The translations under genes and the position numbers were made by a program. This document shows positions 9,522 to 17,997 of a DNA stretch of 32,000 bases, piece by piece. The notes beneath the pieces were generated by a model that had not been told where the DNA came from, did no database searches, and saw nothing but the letters and a program-made list of their open reading frames with translations. This stretch comes from Candidatus Jordarchaeales archaeon (lineage in GTDB: Archaea > Asgardarchaeota > Jordiarchaeia > Jordiarchaeales > Freyrarchaeaceae): the NCBI GenBank assembly GCA_038858525.1, contig JAWCFL010000013.1, positions 8,668 through 40,667 on the forward strand, read 5' to 3'. Every line of letters begins with the position of its first letter. The first letter of the stretch is position 1.

Positions 9522-10746
9522 CCGCAACCTCCATGTAGACTTTCTCCAGCTCTCTGGCTACTTTCTCCCAGGTGAAGAGGCTTTCAACTCTCTTTCTTCC
9601 GTTCATGCCCATCTGCCTCCTCAACTCCTTGTCCTCTAGGAGCCTTGCCGCGGCGTGGGCTAGCTCCTTCCAGTTGCCGGGCTCTACGAGTATCCCTGTG
9701 ACGCCGTTCTCAACAACCTCTGGGAGCGCACCAACTCTAAATCCTACGAGCGGCTTCCCGCAGGCCATCGCTTCAGCCGCCACGAAGCAGAAACCCTCGA
9801 ACATCGATGAAAGCATGACTAGGTCCGCGCTAGCATACTGCCGGGCAAGCTCCTCTATCGTGAGGAAGCCCGTAAAGGAGACGTCATCCTGCAAACAATA
9901 CTCTTTTATGAATGGCTGGGCAATTCCTTCCTCCTTCCACCTGTCAACTATGGTGAGTTTCACGTTGAGGCCCAACTCCTCTTTCATGTACTTAACTGCT
10001 CTAAGTAGGAGCCCTATGCCCTTAACCCTGTTGTCCGTGTTCCCCACGAAGAGGAGCCGGTAGTAGTCCCCATCAATGCTACCTTCATCCATCGGCCTGA
10101 AAACGTCCACGTCCACGCCGTTATGTATCACACTTATTTTCTCCCTTGGAACCTTGAAGTGCTTCGTGATGCTTCTGGCTGAAGTTTGTGAGACGGTTAC
10201 CACTCTGTCCATGAAGTTGGCGACGATCTTTTGCATGAACATGGGGTAGAATATGATCTGCTTGAACCGCTCCTTAGTTGTCCTCGCAAGCCTCATCGCC
10301 ATTATCCTGTCTATGGGTAGAGGATGATGAATCGTTGCCACGACAGGGACACCTAAAGCCTTCATGAGTAGTAAGCCGTATCCTAAGCACTGGTTGTCGT
10401 GGATCACGTCGAACCTTTCCTTCTTCATGAGCTCCTTAACCTTGAAGAAGGCCCTTATGCTGAAGCTGAACATCTCGGGAAAGACGCCTATGTTTGCCAG
10501 CGTATACTCGTATGCTGAGAGGAGCGATAGGTTCTCGGCGGTCAGCCGCTCGCCCGTGAACTCGCTAAACTGGGGAGTTTTAATTTTGTGTATGGTTGCC
10601 CACTCCATCTCGAATGGGTAGGGTGGACCAACGATCACGTGGACGTCGTGCCCAAGCTTTGCCAGCTCACGGGAAACATAGTAGATGTATACTCCCTGCC
10701 CGCCACAACACATGTTGCCTCTATAGCTGAGAAGGCAGATCTTCAT
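9502..10746 (-). CDS. Glycosyltransferase family 4 (GT-B, retaining)
   Basis: GGQGVYIYY, DVIHDNQ, IHNGVD, SMFEGFCFVAAEAMACGKP (EX7E). ATGA overlap with the upstream GT. Confidence 0.92.
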   Translation of the reverse strand: MKICLLSYRGNMCCGGQGVYIYYVSRELAKLGHDVHVIVGPPYPFEMEWATIHKIKTPQFSEFTGERLTAENLSLLSAYEYTLANIGVFPEMFSFSIRAFFKVKELMKKERFDVIHDNQCLGYGLLLMKALGVPVVATIHHPLPIDRIMAMRLARTTKERFKQIIFYPMFMQKIVANFMDRVVTVSQTSARSITKHFKVPREKISVIHNGVDVDVFRPMDEGSIDGDYYRLLFVGNTDNRVKGIGLLLRAVKYMKEELGLNVKLTIVDRWKEEGIAQPFIKEYCLQDDVSFTGFLTIEELARQYASADLVMLSSMFEGFCFVAAEAMACGKPLVGFRVGALPEVVENGVTGILVEPGNWKELAHAAARLLEDKELRRQMGMNGRKRVESLFTWEKVARELEKVYMEVADANHKP

Positions 10747-12011
10747 CCTCGTCTCTCCATAACTTCTTTGAAAATGTTAAGATACTTTTTCACGGCTTTT
10801 TTAGCGTTAAACTTCTCCTCGGCGGTTCTCCTAGCGGCGAGCCCCATGCGCTTCCTCAACGTCTTGTTTGAGAGGAGCCGTATCACCCTGTCAGCGAACG
10901 CCTCGATGTCTCCGGGGGGGACGAGGAAGCCGTTGATTCCATCCTCTATTTGGACGCTGACTCCTCCCACATTGTAGGCTACGACGGGTTTGCCTGACGC
11001 CATCGCCTCAGTTATGGCTAAGCCGAAACCCTCCATTTTCGATGGGAGAACCACCACGTCAGCCATCTTATAAGCTTTAGGCAAGAATTCGGGGGACAGG
11101 TAACCCGTGAATATTACGTCTTCCCTCAAGCCTAGCTCGTCAACCAAGTTGAACAGTTTCTCCTTTCTCTCATCTCTGATACCCAGAACGTTCTCGCTCA
11201 GGGAGCCGTTCCCGACGCACACCAAGCTAGCCCACCTTCGCGCCTCCTTAATTATAGAAAAGGCCCTTAAAAGGTCGTCGTGGCTTTTAACAGGGTCTAT
11301 GCGGGCGACGCAAAGGACCACTTCGCTGTCAGCCGGTATCCCCAGCTCCTCCTTAAACCGCTCTCCCTCAGAGCTGGGAATGTTGAAGCGGTCAACATCG
11401 ACAAACGGATGCACGCACCTAATTTTCCGCCTTGGAACACCGAGGCGTTCAGCGTGCCTAGCATACATCTGCGTTGAGAAAATCACGGTGTCGCACTTGT
11501 TCAGGCGCTTAGCCACCATTCCTCCCAGCCTTTCGCCCATTTTCTCAGTGAATGGCACATGCCACGTGTAAACTAGAGGGGCAGATGCCCGCAGGAAGTC
11601 TGGCACAAAGAAGACCTGCCAGTCATGAATATTAACGACGTCGAAGGGGTCTGACTCGTGGAGCTCGTCGATCTTCGAGGCGACAAGCTTGGAAAAACAC
11701 TGGAAGGTGTCATATCCCTCCCATCCCCACTCCCCCTCAGCCTTCAAGCCGTGAATCTGCTCGTAAAGGTTCTCCTTGAAGAAGGCGTATCTCCCCCACT
11801 CAGTAGTGCTGTTAAAACCCACCCTGTGAACCTTAACGCCCTCAATAACATCGAAACTTGGAATCGGTGGCTTCCCCAAGTGCACCGCAGTCACGTCGAC
11901 GCCACACCCGATGAGCTCTTGGGTAAGGTAGTAGAGGTAGTAGGAAACACCGCCCGCAAACGGGTAAAACGATTGACTTCCAATGCAAACCCTAAACGTT
12001 CCGTCCAGCAT
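10743..12011 (-). CDS. Glycosyltransferase family 4 (TreT/OtsA-like motifs)
   Basis: AGGVSYY, VNIHDWQ...YTWHVPF, VARIDPVKSH, SKMEGFGLAITEAMASGKP. Confidence 0.9.
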   Translation of the reverse strand: MLDGTFRVCIGSQSFYPFAGGVSYYLYYLTQELIGCGVDVTAVHLGKPPIPSFDVIEGVKVHRVGFNSTTEWGRYAFFKENLYEQIHGLKAEGEWGWEGYDTFQCFSKLVASKIDELHESDPFDVVNIHDWQVFFVPDFLRASAPLVYTWHVPFTEKMGERLGGMVAKRLNKCDTVIFSTQMYARHAERLGVPRRKIRCVHPFVDVDRFNIPSSEGERFKEELGIPADSEVVLCVARIDPVKSHDDLLRAFSIIKEARRWASLVCVGNGSLSENVLGIRDERKEKLFNLVDELGLREDVIFTGYLSPEFLPKAYKMADVVVLPSKMEGFGLAITEAMASGKPVVAYNVGGVSVQIEDGINGFLVPPGDIEAFADRVIRLLSNKTLRKRMGLAARRTAEEKFNAKKAVKKYLNIFKEVMERRG

Positions 12012-12344
12012 AAGGCTCCATCCTCAAAGTGGAAAACACAAATACGAAACACAGACTAGAATTTAAGAATTACCGTTTTCCCGTCATCAAACCAACGCAA
12101 GGCAAAGGAAAAAGGCAGGTAACAGGTAGCACTAAGAAGGACGAGTTAAGCAATTGTTGAACCCCAACTAACTTCGTGAAGAAAGCAGATTATAGATGAA
12201 CAATACAACTCAACATCCATGAGAAGCGAAGATAACAGAGAAAAAAGGAATAAACCGAGGAATGAGAAAAGTAGCATCATGTATGATTCCTGAAAGAAGA
12301 GGTTTCGCCGTGATAAGCCACTTAGTTTTGAAGCAGGTGGTGAA

Positions 12345-13022
12345 ATGGATCTGGACGAGGCTAAATGGGCTCTAAGAGTTCTTGAGAGAATCTACGGTGG
12401 CTTCGAAGAGTGGTGGAAGGGGCTTTCAGCCTTTGAAATACTAGTTGCGACGATCATATCGCAGAACACTAATAGCAAGAACACGAGTGCCGCCTTTAGA
12501 AAGCTGAGAGAGCGCTTCAGCTTAAGGCCGGAGGTGCTGGCTGGCGCCCCGCTCAAGGAGCTCGAGGAGTGCCTTAGACCCGCAGGGCTTTACAGGATGA
12601 AGGCAAAAAGGATCAAGGAGATATCAGCAATACTCCTAGGCAGAGAGGGCGGGCTGGAAGCTATTTTAAAGAAGCCATTAGACGAGGCTCGAAGCGAGCT
12701 CGTGAGCCTTCCGGGGGTCGGGTGGAAGACTGCGGACGTGGTGCTGAGCTTCGCTGCAGGCAAGGCGACTTTCCCCGTGGACACGCATATAGCGAGGATA
12801 GCGAAAAGATGGGGCATAGTCGACGGGAAAGCAGGATACGAAGAGGTGAGCACCGCCTTCAAAAAAGTCGTGGACGAAAAGGAAAGGAGAAGGGTCCACC
12901 TTATGCTGATAAGGTTCGGAAGAGAGTACTGCGTTGCCAGGGCTCCAAGGTGCGATCAGTGTCCTATCAAGCCGCCGTGCAGAGGAGTGCCACTGGGGCG
13001 GAGGACTGCGAGGAAAGTATAG
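12345..13022 (+). CDS. nth: Endonuclease III (HhH-GPD DNA glycosylase/AP lyase with [4Fe-4S] cluster)
   Basis: ISQNT, HhH motif LPGVGWKTAD with catalytic Lys, FPVDTHI, and C-X6-C-X2-C-X5-C (CVARAPRCDQCPIKPPC). RBS GGTGGTG. Confidence 0.93.
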   Translation: MDLDEAKWALRVLERIYGGFEEWWKGLSAFEILVATIISQNTNSKNTSAAFRKLRERFSLRPEVLAGAPLKELEECLRPAGLYRMKAKRIKEISAILLGREGGLEAILKKPLDEARSELVSLPGVGWKTADVVLSFAAGKATFPVDTHIARIAKRWGIVDGKAGYEEVSTAFKKVVDEKERRRVHLMLIRFGREYCVARAPRCDQCPIKPPCRGVPLGRRTARKV

Positions 13023-13202
13023 GTGTTAAATTATCATGAATGGATTTTTTAAAGGACAATGTAAGGTGTTTTTCTAATGTATGATTTTCAGTTTTTATTA
13101 AGAAAATCGCAATTAATTATTTATTTTATCGTATTTTTTCCAAAAAATATAAAAGCCATAAGCGACAAATATGAAACATAGAAGTTTTTAGAGGTATAGT
13201 TA

Positions 13203-13670
13203 ATGCCTCAGATAAACCCACTTTATAATGCAATATGTTTTGGAACGATTCTAAGCGCCCTAGACAGAATAGGAGTTTCTCTACCAATAGTGGCGAGGCA
13301 AACATCGGAGCTGCTAACCCCAATACTCAGAGACCTCACGAAAATTTTTTTGGGAGACAAAAAAGTCCCAGAAAGTTTAAACGAAGTTAAAGTTCTTGCC
13401 AAAGAAGTTCTGGAGCGTGACAAAGTAGCAGAGAAAGTAGAATTGGACGTTTCGAAGAACCCAATTGAAATGAAGATTGACGGTTGCATGTATCTCGACA
13501 TTGCTAATTTCAGCAAGTCTCTGGGTTACAGTGCATGCCCCACATGCCTTTTCGCGTTAATGACGACCTCATTTATTAGTGCATTGAAGCTAGGTAGAGT
13601 GTCTGAAGCAACATTCAAAAACAATGGCAGCGAGTGCCACGTCAGTTTATTTCTGTTGGACAGCGATTAG
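13203..13670 (+). CDS. V4R/HNOB-like domain protein
   Basis: 155 aa: helical N-half, then IEMKIDGCMY...ACPTC...ECHVSLFL, matching the beta-C / CP / terminal C-strand pattern of V4R-type folds. Pattern recognition only. Confidence 0.55.
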   Translation: MPQINPLYNAICFGTILSALDRIGVSLPIVARQTSELLTPILRDLTKIFLGDKKVPESLNEVKVLAKEVLERDKVAEKVELDVSKNPIEMKIDGCMYLDIANFSKSLGYSACPTCLFALMTTSFISALKLGRVSEATFKNNGSECHVSLFLLDSD

Positions 13671-13694
13671 CTTGATGAAATGGAGGTGGTTTAG

Positions 13695-14075
13695 TTGTCT
13701 AAGAAGTGGCGTGATGAATTGGAGAAAGTTCTTAAAGATATGGAGTTAGGTGACCCGGATATAGAGTCGTCGGCGATTGTTAGGACCGACGGGCTCGTTA
13801 TGGCTTCCGCTCTCCCTAAGGGTGCTGATGAGGGTTTGATTGCTGCTATGAGTGCTGCCATACTCAACATTGGTTCTAGGGCTCTGAGTGAGCTCGCGAA
13901 GGGTGAGCTCGAAAAAATAATAGTAAGCGGAGACAAGGGAGACATAACCATTATGGGAGTAGGGAAAGAAGCTGTCCTCTCAGCCATAACGAAGCCGGGA
14001 GCGAACATAGGGCTGTTACTAGTGGAGATGGGAAGGGCAAGGGAAAGAGTGCAATCGTTGTTGAAGGCAATGTAA
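13695..14075 (+). CDS. Roadblock/LC7 (MglB-like) domain protein
   Basis: IESSAIVRTDGLVMASALP, IAAMSAAILNIGSRALSELAKGELEKIIVSGDKG, LGLL-like IGLLLVEM. TTG start with RBS GGAGGTGG. Confidence 0.92.
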   Translation: MSKKWRDELEKVLKDMELGDPDIESSAIVRTDGLVMASALPKGADEGLIAAMSAAILNIGSRALSELAKGELEKIIVSGDKGDITIMGVGKEAVLSAITKPGANIGLLLVEMGRARERVQSLLKAM

Positions 14076-14258
14076 GTAAGCTACTATTATTTTTTCTAGT
14101 TCTATAGTTGAAAGAGTCTTTCTCGGCGGGTAAGGTCTCTGAACGCGTTCTTTTAGCGATTCATTTCTCTATGGATGAGTTGACGCTTTTCGGGCCCTTC
14201 CTTCCTCAACTTTTTTATTTTTATCTTGTCATAAATTACTTGTAATGTTGGGAGGTGC

Positions 14259-14909
14259 GTGTTCTTGGTTAGGGTGAGATGGTGGGGTCACTCGTGTTTC
14301 GAGATCAGGGGGAGTAGCGTTACAGTTATCACTGATCCTCATGGTGGCACTGTTGGTCTGCCGGAGCCCAGCGTTAAAGGCGACTTGGTTTTGTCTTCTC
14401 ACGACCACTTTGACCATGCTACCGGAATAGAGAATGTAAAGGCTCGTGGCGGCGAGGCGCTTGTCGGGTTCACAGGGGAGAGGACTGTTAAGGGCGTCCC
14501 TGTTAAGGGGATAGCTTCATACCACGACCCTAAGAGGGGTTCTCTTAGGGGGAAGAACAGTATATACGTGTTTAGTGTTGATGGTGTACGGTTCTGCCAC
14601 CTGGGAGACCTGGGGCAGGTACCAAGTGATGAGCAGGTAAGGGAGATAGGCGATGTGGATGTCCTCTTCATCCCAGTCGGCGGCGTCTACACCATAGATG
14701 CTAAAGAAGCTACTGAGACCATTAAAAAGGTGAAGGCGAAGGTGGTTGTCCCAATGCACTACAAAGTGCCGAAGCTCAACCTCAACATAGGTGGAGTTGA
14801 GGAATTCGTTAAGGGTAAGGAGAACGTAAAGAGGATAGGTGGGCCTGAGTTCGATGTTGAAGCGGGGAAGCTGCCCGGGAAAACGGAAATATGGGTCTTA
14901 AGCCTCTAA
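14259..14909 (+). CDS. MBL-fold Zn-dependent hydrolase (Lactamase_B_3 family)
   Basis: WWGHSCF, ITDP, SHDHFDH, HLGDLG, FIPVGG, VVPMHY. The true start may be TTG 14265. Confidence 0.9.
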   Translation: MFLVRVRWWGHSCFEIRGSSVTVITDPHGGTVGLPEPSVKGDLVLSSHDHFDHATGIENVKARGGEALVGFTGERTVKGVPVKGIASYHDPKRGSLRGKNSIYVFSVDGVRFCHLGDLGQVPSDEQVREIGDVDVLFIPVGGVYTIDAKEATETIKKVKAKVVVPMHYKVPKLNLNIGGVEEFVKGKENVKRIGGPEFDVEAGKLPGKTEIWVLSL

Positions 14910-14930
14910 ATGCCCTTTTATTTTTCCTCT

Positions 14931-15191
14931 TTAAGTTCTGAGGCATTCGAGTATTACTTCTTCCAGTATTGTTTTGCCTTTGCTTGACAGGGTTATTCTT
15001 CCTTCTTTTTCCTTGACAAGCCCCAGCTCTTGCAGAGTGTTGAACTTGGCTCTTGCTACGCGTTCGTTGAGCCCTGAGAGCCTTGCTACTTCTTCTATTG
15101 TCGTGGCTCCCATGCGTAGGGCTATTAGTAGCTTGACACCTCCTTCCCCTATGAGGACGCTTGCGTCAACGCTGAAGGATGGCTCGCTCAT
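14931..15191 (-). CDS. Small winged helix-turn-helix protein
   Basis: TTIEEVARLSGLNERVARAKFNTLQELGLV...ITLSSKG is a wHTH pattern. ATG 15191 has RBS GTGGTG. Confidence 0.75.
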   Translation of the reverse strand: MSEPSFSVDASVLIGEGGVKLLIALRMGATTIEEVARLSGLNERVARAKFNTLQELGLVKEKEGRITLSSKGKTILEEVILECLRT

Positions 15192-15202
15192 CGGCACCAC
15201 TT

Positions 15203-15877
15203 CTATATGCGGAACTTTGATAGGTCTATTGTGAATGTCCTTTCATCCTCGTATGGCCCGACTGGTTTAAGTTTTATTACGAGAGTGCTTCCCTCAAGGG
15301 ACTTTAGTTCGGGCCTCAGCCTTTCGCCGTGAAGCCGGTCTAGGAGAAACTCGACGAAGCTGGGCGATATCTTTCTTGCCTCACCACTAATTATTGCCTC
15401 TCCAGACTCGCCCACGTAGTACTTTCTGCTCCGCCCCTCCCTTTTCGCCCGAATCAACCCCGCCTTCACCATTCTCTTAATGTGCCATCTGACCGTGTCG
15501 TGGTGGAGGCCGAAGCGCTCTACGATTTCTGATTGGTTTACGCCGGGGTTCGCCACTACTATGTCGAATATTTTCCGTGCGTTCTTATTTCTCAGGAGAA
15601 GGAGAGCTTTCTCCAGCTTTGCGTCCCTTAAGTGTCTGGGATAGAAGACAACTCTCCCCCCGAACTTTATCTTTTCGAGGAGCCCTTCAGCCTCGAGCAC
15701 TCTTAGGTGCCAAGCTAGGGTTCCAGTCGGTATTGATAACTCGTTGGCAATCTCGAAGAAGTAGGCTCCGGGGTTCTCGCAAACCCAGCGGTAAACCTCC
15801 TGCCGGACGGGGTGCTCTAAGCACCCCAATCTTCTACTCAGCAAGCGGGAATCCTCCTGAGATGGTATGTGCTTCAT
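15203..15877 (-). CDS. Tandem winged-HTH transcriptional regulator (ArsR-like, COG3398-type)
   Basis: Two wHTH units, NPGAYFFEIANEL...LAWHLRVLEAEGLL and NPGVNQSEIVERF...VRWHIKRMVKAGLI, plus a C-terminal extension. Confidence 0.85.
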   Translation of the reverse strand: MKHIPSQEDSRLLSRRLGCLEHPVRQEVYRWVCENPGAYFFEIANELSIPTGTLAWHLRVLEAEGLLEKIKFGGRVVFYPRHLRDAKLEKALLLLRNKNARKIFDIVVANPGVNQSEIVERFGLHHDTVRWHIKRMVKAGLIRAKREGRSRKYYVGESGEAIISGEARKISPSFVEFLLDRLHGERLRPELKSLEGSTLVIKLKPVGPYEDERTFTIDLSKFRI

Positions 15878-16095
15878 ATTGTATTTGTGAAATTCGAAAT
15901 TAAAAGGTTTGTGTTTTAAAAGAAGCTCAATGGTGAAGTGATCTTCAGCAAGCTACATATACTCCTCAAAGGCAAACGATACAGAGAAAGAGTGGAGTAG
16001 CTGGAGCTTAGTAGGTTGTTTGCCGAGAGGGGGATAATTTTTATAGTTGTGGCTGTTTTAAGGGTTTTTGGCTTCTCTCCGGAAGGGTGTGCGGG

Positions 16096-17016
16096 ATGCG
16101 GTCGGTTTCGGTTGTTGTCTGCACTTTCAATCGTAAGGACGACGCCATCAAGTGTTTGGAGAGCGTTCTGGCACAGGACTATTCTGATTTCGACGTGTGG
16201 GTGATTGACGACGCCTCAACCGATGGAACGTTTGAAGCCATAAGGGACCACTTTGGAAGAGAGGGAAGACTTCACATTCTGAGGAACGATGTCGAACTGG
16301 GGAACACCATGTCCAGGAACATTGCTATGAGAATGTCTAAGGGGGAGATAATAGCGTCGACGGACGATGACTGCGTTGTTGCTGAGAACTGGCTTTCAAA
16401 TCTTGTGAGAGTTTTCGATGAAGGCGACGACGTGGGGCTAGTGTCGGGTAGAGTTCTGCCGATATTCTACACGCCGATGCCAAAGTGGCTTAAGCCCCCA
16501 ATATACCCGATACTCGCGATCAGGACGGAGAAGGGGAGAGCAGAGCATCTTCCTCCCTACGGCTGCAACATGGCGGTAAGGAGGGATGTCATGGAGAAGG
16601 TGAACTACCTCAACGAGAACATAACAAGGAAGTATGGCTCTCTATACTCAGGTGAGGACACGGACCTTGGGAGGCGAATTAGGGCGGCGGGCTACAGGGT
16701 TGTATACACTCCCGACGCCGTCGTCTGGCACAGGATGTACCCTCATAGGCTTACGAGGAAGCACTTCATAAGGAGAGCTCTGTACTTCGGAATGTCCGAA
16801 GTGATCTTCTCCGGAAAAAGCACTTGGGGGATCCTTGATGCGTCAGCCAACATAGCGGCTTACTTTATAAGGTACATGGTCAGGCCTAGATTTTACAACC
16901 TGACGTTGATAGCGTACAAGTTCGGCTGGCTGATCAAGGCGTTGGGGAGAGGAGAGGAGGAAGCCGCAAAAGCTGAGGAGTGGTTTATGAGGTTCGCCCA
17001 GAAGGCGAAAGAGTAG
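16096..17016 (+). CDS. Glycosyltransferase family 2 (GT-A)
   Basis: VSVVVCTFNR, IDDASTDGT, SRN, DXD motif TDDDC, GCNMAVRR, GEDTDLGRR. Confidence 0.92.
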   Translation: MRSVSVVVCTFNRKDDAIKCLESVLAQDYSDFDVWVIDDASTDGTFEAIRDHFGREGRLHILRNDVELGNTMSRNIAMRMSKGEIIASTDDDCVVAENWLSNLVRVFDEGDDVGLVSGRVLPIFYTPMPKWLKPPIYPILAIRTEKGRAEHLPPYGCNMAVRRDVMEKVNYLNENITRKYGSLYSGEDTDLGRRIRAAGYRVVYTPDAVVWHRMYPHRLTRKHFIRRALYFGMSEVIFSGKSTWGILDASANIAAYFIRYMVRPRFYNLTLIAYKFGWLIKALGRGEEEAAKAEEWFMRFAQKAKE

Positions 17017-17150
17017 GAGGAAGACCGGGTTTGATGAGGGATGTGGATAAGTATTGTGCATCTGAAAGAATGAAGACGCTGCTCATACTTTCGTCATCAA
17101 TAATATTGTGGTATGATTCTTTTTTGAAGGGGGGCAGGGAGCCCGGAGGA

Positions 17151-17384
17151 ATGGATGTCCTCCTTTGGCTACTAGACTACATAGGAAATGAGGCTTCTCT
17201 TATCTCAGCTACCACTAGCTCAACGATACTGAGGCATGCAACGTCAATTTTCAGGGAGGCTGAGGAGAAAGTCGCCACGGGAGACCTAGAAAACGCGGTT
17301 AGAAAGATCTCTGAAGCGCTAAGCAGAGTAACTACTCAGGCGGATTACTCTTTAAGGAAACTCGAAAAAAAGAGTGAGGATTAG
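17151..17384 (+). CDS. Small helical hypothetical protein (77 aa)
   Basis: ATG 17151 directly after GGAGGA; amphipathic helices (IFREAEEKVATGDLENAVRKISEALSRV). The upstream part of the longer track ORF (16980) overlaps the GT2 and looks non-coding. Confidence 0.6.
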   Translation: MDVLLWLLDYIGNEASLISATTSSTILRHATSIFREAEEKVATGDLENAVRKISEALSRVTTQADYSLRKLEKKSED

Positions 17385-17902
17385 GTGCTGGCATTTGCGT
17401 TAACGCTGTAAATCAGGATCATGCGGAAGTCCTGGTTGAACGTCACAGCGTACGGCATAGACGTCCTGCTGTCAAACTTTGGAACCATGCCGAAGCACTG
17501 GTCGACAATTCTCCACCCGCTCGGCCAAACGTTCTTCATGAGCAAAGCGGCCACGATGAGGTATCCTTCGCCTTCAGCATTTATGCTCGCCTTTGGGTCA
17601 AAGTAGTCTTGAGTTAATGCCGCGGAGCCAGCGAAGTGCCAGCCAGTTGTGCCATTACCGAGGGCTGCCGCCACCTTAGTCCCGGCTGAGTCGACCGCTA
17701 CGAATAAGAATAGAATTACGTCTCCGCTCTCCTGAACGTAGTAAGCCGGAACCGACAGACACAATTGATAGCTTGAATCCTGCTTAGCGCTGATGCTCCC
17801 GGTTTCTGAGAGCAGTAACGGTGACGCTAAAGTCATAACGGATGACGCAGAAGCCAGCAGAATAACCGAGAGAAACGCCACAGCGAGAAATGCTTTCTTC
17901 AA
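17381..17902 (-). CDS. Hypothetical secreted or membrane-anchored protein
   Basis: Signal peptide MKKAFLAVAFLSVILLASA, RBS GTGGAGG, and its own TATA box at 17952-17959. Confidence 0.7.
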   Translation of the reverse strand: MKKAFLAVAFLSVILLASASSVMTLASPLLLSETGSISAKQDSSYQLCLSVPAYYVQESGDVILFLFVAVDSAGTKVAAALGNGTTGWHFAGSAALTQDYFDPKASINAEGEGYLIVAALLMKNVWPSGWRIVDQCFGMVPKFDSRTSMPYAVTFNQDFRMILIYSVNANAST

Positions 17903-17951
17903 AGATTAGCCCTCCACTCTATCCTGTTTAAGAATAGGAAAACAGAGACGC

Positions 17952-17967
17952 AATATAAACTTTAACG
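17952..17967 (-). promoter_or_regulatory. BRE/TATA promoter
   Basis: CGTTAAAG-TTTATATT on the minus strand, ~50 nt upstream of TTG 17902. Confidence 0.5.
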
Positions 17968-17997
17968 TGGAGCTCGACTTGGAGCTCGGGCGTATGG

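Noticed and set aside
455-13155. Recurring AAATATAAAA upstream of three genes (about 455-468, 4510-4523, 13142-13155), suggesting a eukaryote-like TATAAAA box
   Set aside because: It is the reverse complement of the ordinary archaeal TTTTATAT box and lies in very AT-rich spacers. A conventional candidate exists for at least the first gene. Not supportable without TSS data.
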